A stretch of 36,174 nt of DNA from Intoshia linei (Eukaryota; Animalia; Orthonectida), in NCBI GenBank assembly GCA_001642005.1, contig LWCA01000263.1:1-36174 (forward strand). The letters run 5' to 3'. The number at the start of each line of letters is the position of its first letter. Positions within the stretch are counted from its first letter, which is position 1. Below are positions 1 to 12,136 of this stretch, piece after piece. The notes below the pieces were generated by a model. That model was not told the origin of the DNA, searched no databases, and saw only the letters and a program-made list of their open reading frames with translations. A program made the position numbers and the translations under genes.

Positions 1-168
1 CCTTATTTGATTCTATTTTTTTAATAGTGAACATGAGAATTTTTGAAATTTTGTATTCCTTAGACTTGAGTCTTGACTCCACTTCATAACCATTAAATTT
101 TACTTAAATACATTGCCTTTAAATTTCTTCATAAAAAAATATTAAAANCACATACATTTTTTTTACAA

Positions 169-202
169 GTGGTTCACCGTGGAAAAAGTTTGGGAACCAC
201 TG
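169..202. mobile_element. hAT (Charlie-like) MITE terminus
   Basis: aaagtttgggaaccactg is the reverse complement of a CAGTGGTTCCCAAACT-type TIR. Related ends occur at ~21489, ~22281 and ~28026. Confidence 0.55.
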
Positions 203-210
203 TTCCATAT

Positions 211-498
211 GATGATGTGGACCAAGAGAATTTTATAATAAACAACATTATTAACAAGGAAGGTATAGTAATTGGTTCCAATACTGATGAAAATTCTGCT
301 TCTAAAGAATCTGACCATATATCCTCAACACATTGAATTACGTACGTTGAGGCAATTATGCTTATTCATAACTTCGAAATTTTTTTTACCGAAATCATTC
401 CTGAAAAAATTAGTGAAATATTTGCTATAAAATAAATTATATATACGAATTTAAAAAAAGAAGAACCCTCAAACATTAATTATATGATTAGGAAGTAA
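211..498 (+). mobile_element. possible pogo/Tigger transposase C-terminal tail relic
   Basis: Stop-interrupted frame DDVDQENFIINNII...ITYVEAIMLIHNFEIFF..., which resembles the acidic tail of Tigger-type transposases. Confidence 0.3.
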
Positions 499-799
499 TA
501 CAATTTATAATTTAATGTTTCCTTATTTGATTCTATTTTTTTAATAGTGAACATGACAATTTTTGAAATTTTAATGTTCCTTTGACTTAAGTTTGACTCT
601 ACTTCATAACCATTAAATTTTACTTAAATACATTGCCTTTAAATTTCTTCATAAAAAAATATTAAAAATGTCTTTTTCTATTTTATATTAGAGATTAAAC
701 GTATTTGTGAATATTTTTTTGAAATTTAATTAATATAATATGTTAATTAACATATATGCATTTAATTATAAAAAAATATTAATAATAATATAATAATAA

Positions 800-1250
800 A
801 TTCTCACTTTGAATTTAGTTGAAATTTTCCTCTCATTTTGGATGTAATTATTCTTACATTGATAATAGCTATTCTTACCTTGAATGTAAATATGATTTTC
901 AAAATAAATTTATATTTTTATTTCAAAGCTATATTATGGTTAAATGAACTTGCAAATAACATACGGATATTTTTCTTAAATATACACCTTAAACGTAAAA
1001 AAAATATATTATGGGTAGTGCGATTCAACCATATTACGTTTCCCGTTAATTACAATTTAATTTTTGGTCAAAATATACCAGAAACCCTTAATAATTTGAT
1101 TATCACTTTGAATATATCAATGATCATATTGATAATTGCTATTATCACATTGTTTGTGGTTATTTTATCGTCTTGCAAAATGTTATCACATTGAGTATTA
1201 ATAATTTAGTTATTATCACATCGGTTGTAATTATTATCATATTGATAGTG
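800..1250. repeat. degenerate 21-bp minisatellite (ATTATCACATTG core)
   Basis: Units such as attatcactttgaatatatca / atgatcatattgataattgct / attatcacattgtttgtggtt. Confidence 0.6.
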
Positions 1251-1733
1251 AAATGGTATACATAGTGTAGATATGGGTATCATAAAAATGAAAAATCCAT
1301 AATTTTAATTTACTCAGAATTTTCCCTCACTATTCCATGCAATAAATTATCAAGTTACATCTATATTTTATCATTTACCAAGCCTATTGTTAAAGTTTCT
1401 TATGCATGGGAAAAAAGATTTCTACAAAACAATGAACAAACATAAAAGAATAACTATCAATACTACTACAACTATCAATATATCAAGTGCTAGTGAGAAA
1501 ATTGATTAATTTTTTTAAAGAAAAGTTTTTATCATTAACCTCGGCTTTCGGCATTTTTCAAAAAAGGTACCAAAAAACCAATGAAATATGGAAACAAATA
1601 AATAAAAAAAGCCATATAAATGTTTTTAATCATCATCCCGAATTGCTTGAATCGGCCCACACTATTTTACAATACCAAGCAGCGAGGTTCAAACAACCTG
1701 CTTAGGCAGACATTGCGTTTAATTTTAACCTTT

Positions 1734-2876
1734 TTATTTGACCAGGGTCAAGAGTTGAATCTCCGGCCCAAATAAACCACAGAATATATAAATCAAAAAA
1801 TTACATGCGTTCTTTTTAAAATTATTGGATTTAATTTTGAATATGAACAATACTAGCAAAGTCTAAAATAAAAAATTAATAAAGACACATTTTTTATTGA
1901 AAATAAATTACAATAAGTATGTGAATAGCAGCTTTAGAAACCTCGATATATCTGTAATCAAAGGTACATCCAGGTAGAGGTTGGTAAGGTAGATTGTCTT
2001 CATATACAGAATTCAAAGGTAAATATTTACAGTTAATTTCATTATTTAACCAAAATGAATTTGTTGGAATGCCAAAACTCAAAACATAGCTTCGATACTA
2101 AAATTACACAAATAAAATATCATTTATAACAAACCCTTCAAACTATGCCTCTTGATCAAAAATGTACCGTGGGATAGAAATTATCTTTTAAAATAATTTT
2201 GATCAAAAAATTTAATTTAAACTAAAATGTCCATCATCTAAAGTTCGGATTCTGAACTGTAAAAGAATTACACAAAATTAGTGTCCAAAAATATAATTTT
2301 TGTATTAACATTATGTAAATTAAAATTTTCAAAATCGGATACTTTCAAATGGCGGCTAGAAATCTCTTTTATATGAAGAGTAAGTATAAATAAAACTGCG
2401 AGTTGGTTAATATGTAATTACACAATCACTGCTTGAAATAATTTTTACTAAAAACCAGGGTATTGATCAGTTGACATGCATTTATTGATATCTATTTAAA
2501 ATTTAAAATATACCTTATCAAAAAATGGAAAATTTAAATAAATAATGGCTGATAATAAATTCCAAACAATCCAAATAATGGAAGAAATGTAATACTAAAA
2601 AAATACTTATGAAATCTATATGCAAAATAAATTACCAATAATAAAATATTAAGACAAAAAAACGTGACTGCATATATTGTCAATATAACCATATTCGCAT
2701 ATAAAAAATTGAAAATTATTGGCATCCATAAATATCCAATAAAATCAAAAATTTCTGTAAAAGCAAGAAAAATCTAAAATCAGTATAACCTATTTAATAA
2801 AATTCCAATAACTTACAAATTGTAAAACCAAAAGAAACTGTAAAAATCGGTGATATCTGTGTTTGGTTTGGTTCAT
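1734..2876 (-). CDS. NKAIN: Na+/K+-ATPase beta-interacting protein (NKAIN family), 5 exons
   Basis: Exons 2876-2817, 2773-2636, 2594-2514, 2097-1912, 1862-1734 join in frame at GT-AG introns. Motifs EIFDFIGYLWMPIIFNF, IIWIVWN and PGCTFDYRYIEV match NKAIN. The exact C-terminus is uncertain. Confidence 0.88.
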
Positions 2877-3172
2877 TAATAATGAAATTTAGTAACAGTA
2901 TTACTGTTAATTTTTGTCAATAATGAATTATTTAATTTTACACGAGCTACTTGATCTTAACTCAGATTATAAAATCCATGGATATATTCTTCAATGAAAC
3001 AGTTGATTGAATGGAACGTTTCATTAATAAACTACACAAGTAAAATAACTTGCAATGAAAAGTTTCATTAAAATTAAGTTTTTAAATTTTTGTTGACAAA
3101 TTTGAAATTTCCATTTATGATTGACAATTATAATTATTATTAATTTTATTAAATCGTTATGAAAATGGATCA

Positions 3173-4033
3173 ATGTTGACTATGGTTGCATCAAAAACAA
3201 GAATGTTGATGGATACTCATAAAATTTATGATAAATTGAAAATGAGAAATTTATTAAACATTAAAAAATCTATTAAAAAACTAAAATCAACACGTTCTGC
3301 CAATAATTTAAATGAATTGGGATCGCAACCGAATTTAGTTTTAAGTCAAGGTTTATACTGATCAACTAAAAAAACTCTTATAGATAAAAAAAAAATGGAA
3401 AAACTAAACCTAAAAAATGAACAATTGGAGAAACAAATATTATACATGTCTAATAGCCAATCACTACTAGAATTGAAAATTACATATCTGATAGATACGG
3501 TACATTTTCAATTAAAAATTATATATTGTGGTAGTTTATTTACACATTACAATTTCCCTAAAGTAGGTATGCAAATGATTATTGAATTTCCATGTTTTGA
3601 ATCACATGCAACCCAAGAAGCCAAAGTGTTGGCCTCTGCATAATCAAGAGCCTTTCCAATTCTCATTTTGGTTTCGTTGCTCATTGAAGGATTTACCCAC
3701 TGTTCATTTTCAATTTTTGTCAAAGGTTCAGGCGGTTTTATTTTAGAGGTGTCAGTTTCCAAAGTATATATGTTGTCGGTGCCCATGCTATTAGTCTCCG
3801 TTTCAATTTTTTTGTTTTCGTCCGATTCTAATTTTCGTCGTTTGGCTTTCAGTTGTTCCAAAATGTCTCTATTTGTGTTTCTTTGTTCATTGGGGTCTTC
3901 ACCCGGGTTGACTCTCCCCATTCTTACATTTATATCTTTATACATTATTTAAATTTAGCTTGCAAAGGAACGAGCAGAACACGAAATGTATGTGGTACAA
4001 TCTGAAAATTCCAAATCAAGTGTTGATAAATAA
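3173..4033 (+). CDS. CBY1: Chibby-family coiled-coil protein, 3 exons
   Basis: Exons 3173-3350, 3384-3499, 3959-4033 splice in frame. KSTRSANNL...DKKKMEKLNLKNEQLEKQ...LLELKITYLIDTLAKERAE resembles Chibby KSASLSNL...DRREVQRLRRRNQQLEEE...LLRLKVDILLDMLSESTAE. Confidence 0.7.
3547..3945 (-). CDS. INIP: SOSS complex subunit C (INIP), intronless, nested in Chibby intron 2
   Basis: NRDILEQLKAKRRKL and KALDYAEANTLASWVACDSKHGNSIIICIPTL match SOSS-C NRVAILAELDKEKRKL and KAALQHAHAHSSGYFITQDSAFGNLILPVLPRL. Confidence 0.8.
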   Translation of the reverse strand: MYKDINVRMGRVNPGEDPNEQRNTNRDILEQLKAKRRKLESDENKKIETETNSMGTDNIYTLETDTSKIKPPEPLTKIENEQWVNPSMSNETKMRIGKALDYAEANTLASWVACDSKHGNSIIICIPTLGKL

Positions 4034-4091
4034 ATAAAATTTAAAATAGTTTCTATGAAAATGTGTATAATTTGGATAATAAACTTTTGAA

Positions 4092-5029
4092 ATGTCGATT
4101 TTTAACAATTTAATGGAGGATTATTACTTAAAAAAGAAAATCAGAAAGATAAATAATGGTCATTCTTAATTGTAATTTTTTAATTCGTGTCTGTCTTAAC
4201 TAAATTTGTAGTTACATTTTTTCTGATTTTAAATTTATATTTAATTACCCAAAAAGTTGCAAATTATTACGTTTTCCTGTTGCATAAAAAATTTACATCC
4301 AGTCAATAATGTTCATATCCACTTTAGAAAAGAAAAAGGAAATTGCTAGTCAAAAAACTTATTTATTTATTTCGAAACTTATTGTAGTAACAAATATGAA
4401 GTATAATTTTTTTTGAAATTTAAATTTAAATAAAATTAAAGATCAAAAGAACTTTACAATAACCAAAAGAATATAGCCATTGAAATTGAAAGATTTGAAA
4501 AATATTCTGCTTCAATACGCAAAATGTATTCTGAGCTTGACAAAAATATTAATTCCTTTAATGGTGAAATTAAAGTAATTTAAATTTATTTATGTGTTTT
4601 TCATTTTGGGTTCGGATTTTATAATTTAATAAGATTTTGTAAAATGGATGGCTAATACAATGTACTTCTTTAATGTAATAATGCAACTCAATTATAATTT
4701 GTTACAATATTACAGTTACAAGTGACTAAGTCGTCATGCATTATGTTTTAACGAAATTAGCATTAATTAAGTTATGAATAGGGTTATAATTAAAATCACT
4801 TGAAATCAGTATTGTATTGTACTATTTTTAACTTAAAATTGAATAGATAACTTTTCGAGGCCTAAATTACACAGTATTCTTTGAAAAATATAAAAGATGT
4901 TTCATCATTTTTTAATTAGACCAATTCTTTTTGATATTTCACTGCACATTTTAGAATCTTGGAGACGTAGAAAATTGGCTGGAAACTATTAAAACATCAA
5001 TCGAGGATATTGTTATACCCGATTTTTAA
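4092..5029 (+). CDS. BLOC1S1: BLOC-1 subunit 1 (BLOS1/GCN5L1), 4 exons
   Basis: Exons 4092-4158, 4328-4400, 4442-4574, 4955-5029 give LYNNQKNI...SFNGEIK|NLGDVENWLETI, matching AYMNQRKL...NFNQALKEIGDVENWARSI. Confidence 0.85.
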
Positions 5030-6226
5030 TAATAAAATATTACTTTACGGTTATACAGTAAAACTAGTGCTTTCAATTTCTCGAGTCAGAATTTTTTTTC
5101 TCTAGAATTCCTGAGAAAAAATTTAACTCATACTGTTAGTAATACAATTCATTTATTAAATTTTTAATCATACAATAAAATTTTTTAATTACATTGTATT
5201 GAAAAACTAAAATTATTTTTGAAATAATGAAGGATTACAATGTGGTACAATTGGTTGATGACTTTAAAATCTTAAAAAAACAAATATAAAGTAGGAGAAG
5301 AATGCGATTAATTTCACAAATATTATTAACGTAATAGATAGATGTTCTCTATTTATATAGTCATGTTTGCATTTAATATACTCATAATTACTATGACTAA
5401 TAATAAACATAATGACTATATAAGGGCTTCCTTTAATTTTAACAATCTTGATGATAGTGGTTTGATGAAATGGATTTTTTTAATAAGATTTCGTAAAATC
5501 GGATTTTTAAAAAGAATATCGGTGTAAGACAATTTTTCCATGAAGGCTTGAAATGGTAAATTTCAAATATTATACAATAATATAAATCATATTTTCATAG
5601 TAATAACAAACATAAATCAAAAACAGGTATGTCTCAATTTTTTTCGGGAAATCCCGGAAATTTATTAAATATACCGAGAATTTTCCCCCGGTTTTTTTCC
5701 CGGCAATATCACTAGTTGTAGGAAAAAAAATATAAAATAAATATTTTATTTATTTAAACTAATATAAATATAGATTTTTTTTTGGTTAACAATTTTATTG
5801 CCTAATACACCAAATGTTTTTTAATGTTGAAAATTTTATCAATTATTAATTTTTTTAAAAAAGACAACAATAATAAATCATAAATAAGGATAAAATAATG
5901 TTACTAATAATAATAAAATTAACCTATAAGTTTGATTGCTTCCTGCATGGTGAATTTTTATTTATTTTCTGAATAAATTTAGGATACTTATTATTTCAAT
6001 TATAAAAATAGAATTATCCCTGAGCACCACCATTTTAAAATCTTTATCAGATTGTGTATTTTATATAATTTTAGGACTCGTTTGAATTTAAAAAAAAGGT
6101 AATTGGTGGTTTGACCTTGAAGGACTCTATTTCTGAAAATGAAATTGACCATAAAACATCACCCTCGAACCACTGTATTATATATGGATATTATTAAAAC
6201 TATACATCTATTATTTGCTTAAATAA

Positions 6227-8905
6227 ATGGTAACAGAAAAATAAATAAACAAACATACACACATTTTTCACTAAATGACTTTATACAATATGGGTTGCTT
6301 AGTATAAAAATATATATAAAAAATGGGCGCAAAATGAAAATATATTTCATACAGGTAATATTAAAAGTTGTTATCGATTAGAAAAGTTAAATTTAATTTT
6401 GTAAAACGAAAAAATAAAATGGGTAATTATTTAAATAATTTACATAAATATTTTACATAATTAATAAATTTTAATCATTGTAATGAGTTGTTACCTTTAT
6501 ATTTATTAATATTTTAGAAAATTCCAACGTTCTCAAAGATAGTATACTGAATGAAATGTTGAAATATAAAAAAATGAAAACAACACTAGAGTTAAAATTG
6601 AAATTTAAAGTAAGATATTTTTTTATAACGGTGGAAAACGGTTGGCGAATGGCCATAATTGGGGGGTTTGGTTTTGACCGTTGATGAAAGCGTTTAAAAA
6701 AAATTGCAACATGTTTTTAAATTATCAAATCATCACTTGATATGAATTTTCATAGATTAATGATTCTTACACTTTATGACTAACTACATAATAATTAGGA
6801 TACTACAAAGTTCTATTTTATTTCAAGTGGTTAAGTGCTTTTTTAACCATGAAAGTGCCATTTTAAGAAATTTTAAGGCGGCCTATTACAGCCCAAGTTA
6901 AAAATTACATGTAATTTGTATATGTGTATAGGTAATACAAATCTCAGGTGGAAAATTGTTGAATAATCTAAAAAATAAGAGTTAGGACTATTTGTTATTG
7001 GTATTACATGTATTAGCGAGATGTTTAACTAGAAAAAATCCATCCCTAGACAAAATAATTGATCATGACCAAAATTATCCTTGGACAAATATCTTTTTTT
7101 ATACATGTAAATGTAATGTAATAAAAAAAATTTCAAAGGAGTTAAATTATTTTTTAAAATATTACAAGGGTTTTTAAGGGTCATCAATAACACCCTAAAA
7201 TAAATTTTGTGAAGTTTAACTAAAGAAAAAACAGAATTTAAGTTTATTTTAGTTATCATTATGAATTTTTATATTGAAAACATCTTTCCTTTAAGGCAAC
7301 TTCAAACAAAGTTCTTATATAAAATTTTTTTCATTACTCTGAACTCTATATGAATTTAATCATTTTATATACTAAAGTTCTTAAAAATTATGAAATTTCA
7401 AAAACACCCTAATGAAATAATAATAAATAAACACCTAAACATTGCACATATAATAATAACGTAAGCGGGTATACATAGTTAAGGAGGCTATTAAATACCT
7501 AAAAAAAACTATATTATTGAAAACAAAATAATAGTATTTTTCATTTAACTAAGTTTTCTTACTCAATATAAAATCTTATATAAATAAATATCACTATAAA
7601 ATGTATCTAAAAATTAGACTTTACAATTGAACCAAATAAAGTGTAAAGCAAACAAGCTAAAGGAACATTTATTGCATTTGCAGGTTACATAGTTTAAAAA
7701 TTTATAACAATTTTATAAAATAGGAAGATATTTTGATTAAAAAAAAAAACCAAGAAAATTCATTTTTAGTACAAAAATCAATTGAAATTCGGTTAGTCGA
7801 ATTAAGTCAAATTATATAAATATTTTTAAATTCAGAAACAATGAATTCAAAAAAAACGAAGAATTAATGGCCATTGACTATGAAAAGAGTTGTAACATGT
7901 TAAGTCAACGTATGCCTACTTGTTAATAAATGTTTTTAATTTTTAATTAGATGAAGAAAATTATTCAAAATTTAAAAATATGTTACAAGAAAATGACAAT
8001 CAATATAATTTGAGTGTGGAACAACAAAATGTTTAAATAATTTATTTTATAAATTTCATTTTAGCATACATGCAAGAAAAATGAATTGATCCAAACAAAT
8101 TTTGATTTAGAATTTAAAATTAAGCTAGGTCAAGACATACAAAAAGAGGTTTTAAATAATCCATTTTAAATCTAGTCTTTAAGATAATTTTATAAAAAAT
8201 ATAAAAACATTTGTATTAAATGTATTATATATTATATTATATATATATATTTTCAAAATTTTATAATCTATTTATATATTTTAATCTCGACATTCTATAT
8301 CTTAATTACATTAGGTAACAAATCTAAATAATGAATTGAAAACTATACAAGATGTTACAAAAAATAATCAACAAAAATTAGAATATTATAAAAAAATTGT
8401 AAATAAATAAATAATTATTTATAATATATGTATATTTTAGGAACACGACTTAAATTTTCAAATTTACAATATCACTGAGAACAATGACAAAATAAAAACT
8501 GAAAAGGATAATAAAGTAAATTTTTTTGATTAACATTTTTATTTTTGATTAGATAACGTTACTAGAAACTGAATTCATTGAAAATGAGAATTCATTGAAA
8601 GAAAAGAAAGTGAACATTGAAGAAATAATAAAAAAGGTATGTAGTTTAATTGTGTCAATTCATTATCAAAAAGATGTCGCTTATTGAAAATGGAATATTA
8701 GAAATTAAAAAAAACATTAACAATACTGAAGAAGAAAAAAAGAATATTGAAAATGAAATGATGTTATTGGACGAGGTTTTCTTTTATAATATTAAATAAT
8801 CTGTGATAGTCTAAAAATCTAATGGTTACTAAAGAAATGTATCAAAAAACGGTCGACGAATTTGATCAGAAAATTTTAGATTTGGAGGATGGTTTAATTA
8901 TTTAA
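6227..8905 (+). CDS. multi-exon coiled-coil protein, unassigned (weak CCDC172/SIX6OS1-like segments)
   Basis: About 13 K/E/N-rich exons join in frame at GT-AG introns (e.g. 6303-6354, 6517-6609, then 7618 to 8905). The 5' end is ambiguous; candidate upstream exons also lie at 5947-6174. Confidence 0.6.
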
Positions 8906-8963
8906 AAATATCTTTAATTTATATAAAAAAATAAATATTACATGCAAGTCTATATATGATAAG

Positions 8964-9670
8964 TAGGGCAAGCAAAAGTTCAAATTTGATATGTTAAATA
9001 GTTTAAAATTGGCAGCATGATAGCACCAATATCGTTAATATTAATTGGTAATTAAAATTTTTTCCAAATGTTAGAATTTTTTTTAAAAGTTAATAAATTG
9101 AGATTTTCAAATATTCAATTATTTACATGTTCATTGTTTTTAAATTTTACAAATCTGAATCTTAATCAATTTTATATAATCAGTTAATGCCTAAATTTCC
9201 ATAGTCGAGACAAGAAAAATCTAATAATATTTTAAGATTATTTCCAAATGAATTTAAAATAAATATAAAATGAAGGACGGTAGTTTAATTTGTATAAATG
9301 CAATTGTGATGTCTCATTTGAAAAATTATATGATGTGCACTGCAGAGTCATAGGTCGTCTGTTAAACACAAATCATTAACTTTGAATGATACTACTCCAA
9401 TCTGTAAATACATTAAAAAGTGTATTGTAATGTATCAAATTAAAAAATGATTTTTCCATTGACATAGTAGAATTTTTTGCCTCGGTAGACATACTTATAC
9501 AAGTTAAACAACAAAAACTTGAAGGAATTGTTTACCAATATGGCCAAATCGTTACCATCTGAAAACAATTGTCGTGGTAAAATCGACCAGGTATATTTGA
9601 AGGAAATTAAAAGAATAAAATCGTGTTGTAAAGATGAATTAATATTGATGATGTTGGATGAAACCGATTT
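8964..9670 (+). mobile_element. CGGBP1-like hAT transposase relic
   Basis: TAGGG end at 8964. Broken frame from 9187: MPKFP*...LFPNEF..DGSLIC..CNCDV (BED-like Zn finger), then FASVDI..YKLNNKNLKELF...LPSENNCR...LMMLDET (first catalytic Asp). Confidence 0.7.
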
Positions 9671-10135
9671 AATTTTATTAAAAAGTTCAACGGATAGAGG
9701 GGTTTTCCCTAAAGTCTAGACCCCTTAAATTATTCTTTAATTCCGGCATCCCTGACTGTCAGTGGTTATGTGAGGAATGATCCTTTCAAAACATAACTGT
9801 TGAGACGTAATATTGTAATTCGCTCGTTAAAGTTTATTTAAACGTACGATTAAGTTTATTAACAAATAAAATTTTTAATGTTCCAAAAATAATCTATAAT
9901 CATATTAAGTCCATACTGTTTCTTATATCTCTTTTCAAATACAAACAATTAATTGATGATTGATTAATAAATCAATTAATAAACAGAAAATTTTATGGAA
10001 TTGAAATTTGTAAATTATAAAAACGTAATAAAAAGTGAAATCAGTTATTTTTTTAGTATATTTAAAAAAAATCGTCAAGGTTAATTATAATCTACAAATT
10101 AGTAATTTACACATTAATTAGAGCTTAAATAATTA

Positions 10136-10414
10136 AAAAGATTTCGCTTATTGAAAATGGAATATTAGAAATTAAAAAAAACATTAACAATACTGAAAAT
10201 GAAATGATGTTATTGGACGAGGTTTTCTTTTATAATTTTAAATAATCTGTGATAGTCTAAAAATGTAATGGTTTCTAAAGAAATGTATTAAAAAAGGCTC
10301 GATAAATTTCATCAGGAAATTTCAGATTTGGAGGATAGTTTTTATTATATTACAGAACATTTTATTGTTATATGAAAAAATAAATATTACATCCAGGTTT
10401 ATATATGATAAGTA
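10136..10414 (+). pseudogene. decayed duplicate of the last two exons and 3' flank of the coiled-coil gene (source ~8668-8965)
   Basis: High identity to the source, with a 21-nt in-frame deletion and a CAA>TAA change. Confidence 0.85.
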
Positions 10415-10630
10415 AACGTTTATTTTGTGAGGTCAAATATTATATAATATTGAACACATATAATCAATACTTTTGTATATAAGATACATTTTATTGCTAA
10501 CTTTCAAAGAGGGATTTTATAATTTTTTGAAATTAACCCATTAATATTTTAAATTCAACATGGATGGTGGGTTTAAAAATTTATATATATTATTCAGATT
10601 CAGATAAATAATTTTATTTATATAAAAATT

Positions 10631-11708
10631 TTACAGTGCATGTAGCCTATGCTGACAAATCCAAATGTGAATAGAACAACTTTTTTGTTCTGTATTAATT
10701 ACATACCCGCTACAACCGCACTGGTATTGGTACTGAGTATTTTCTATTTGTGATAGCCTTTGAATGATTGTAGAGTTTTTTGAATTTTGCATGTTACAAT
10801 ATACTCCAACAATGTATTGATCCTATAAATAAAATTTGTTTGTCAATGTACTGCTTTATATTAAGGTACCTTTTTAAATTGCTTAGGTAACCACGACGTA
10901 AAAATATCCTTTTCTTGTATATATCCATTATAAAAAGATTCATTTTTATAGCAATGTGGTATCGTGTCTTTTAATTTATTTTGCTAATTAGACGAAATAA
11001 TAAATTTACTATAATTATAATTACTATATTATGTAAGTTATTGGTAATAATATTATATTTATCATTCAATGTTGACACAATATCATCCAATTTTAATTTT
11101 GCATTTTTCAATCGATATATTTCATTAGTCTAAAATGAAGCTAATTACATATGCAAATTTCTAAATATTCTTAGTAAAATTAAAATAACTAGAAAAAAAT
11201 ACAATATTTAAAAATGTTTGATTTTGTACACTGACACTTTTTTGGTAAATATCATTGAGACGGTTAATACTTTCAATCTAAAAAAATTAGAAAAATCTAA
11301 ACTCTTGATACATTGCTTGCATGATTGATAAAAATATTATCTAAATTGTAGCGATATTATCAACCCATAAAATGAAAAACCTATAATGGAATTGTAAATA
11401 AATATCCCAGAAAAGAGTAAACAAAATGAAAGTAATACAAGGAGAAAAAATTTGATACACATCTGATTTCGCTTAATTCCCTTCATTTTTAAATTCAAAT
11501 CAATATTGGAGGTTGGTAAAAAAGGAGGTTCACGTGGTTCATAAAGTACATTGAAACATTTGCTATAATTAATATAAAAAAGAAAAACATTAAAAACTTT
11601 GAATTTTCACTAGATTGTTTTACAACGTCCACTTTTTCGTCTGGGTATAAACTACGATCGTCAAACACCCTAAATTTTTAAATGAAAAATTAAATTGTTA
11701 CTTTACAT
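10631..11708 (-). CDS. orphan type II membrane protein (~255 aa): cytosolic N-terminus, one TM, helical neck, six-Cys C-terminal domain
   Basis: Eight exons join in frame at GT-AG introns. TM is FFLLVLLSFCLLFSGIFIY. C-terminus reads ...HCY...GVYC...YQCGCSG...SCSIHIWIC. The ATG is split AT|G by a 37-nt intron. Confidence 0.7.
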
Positions 11709-12136
11709 TTCAAGTTAATTCATAATTACTCTCAAGCTAATTTTCTGAATTTTATTGTCGATAAAAATGTCATGGAATAGTGAGTATTTATTTCATAATT
11801 ATTCTGAAAGTAAATTTGACAAGTTGAATATTGCAATACAATTGTAAAATTCTGTTTAGTATTATATATTTTTTGTATGAAAATATTTAGGTAATATTTA
11901 TATGGATTTGAAATTCAAATTTTAAATTGATATACAACTTTTATTATGAATTTTAATTATAATAGTCACTTATCACAACTTATTAGAATTTCAAGAAATT
12001 AAAAACATTGACCAGTGACCAATATCTTGAAACATGTTCAATAATTTATTACAATTAGCACGTTGAGTTTATTTATATTTGCATTAAATTCTATGGAATT
12101 AATGTGTTTTCTGTTATAAACGAAAAAGATTTAAAA

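Larger units (their letters stand above)
1..667. repeat. ~147-bp direct repeat (1-147 and 521-667)
   Basis: Near-identical copies of ccttatttga...aaaatattaaaa. The first copy ends at the N at position 148. Confidence 0.9.

Noticed and set aside
1-148. 147-bp repeat as a biologically meaningful duplication
   Set aside because: It abuts an N at a probable scaffold join and may be an allelic or assembly overlap.
838-1194. 118-aa hydrophobic ORF as a membrane protein
   Set aside because: TTG start; hydrophobicity arises from the AT-rich minisatellite.
2910-3130. TTGACAA as a promoter-specific motif
   Set aside because: Three copies here, but it is also common in exons and introns across the window.
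3668-3952. 94-aa plus-strand ORF
   Set aside because: Antisense shadow of INIP inside the Chibby intron.
4634-4725. DFVKWMANT... as the last BLOC1S1 exon
   Set aside because: Wrong phase after GEIK; exon 4955-5029 (NLGDVENW) fits far better.
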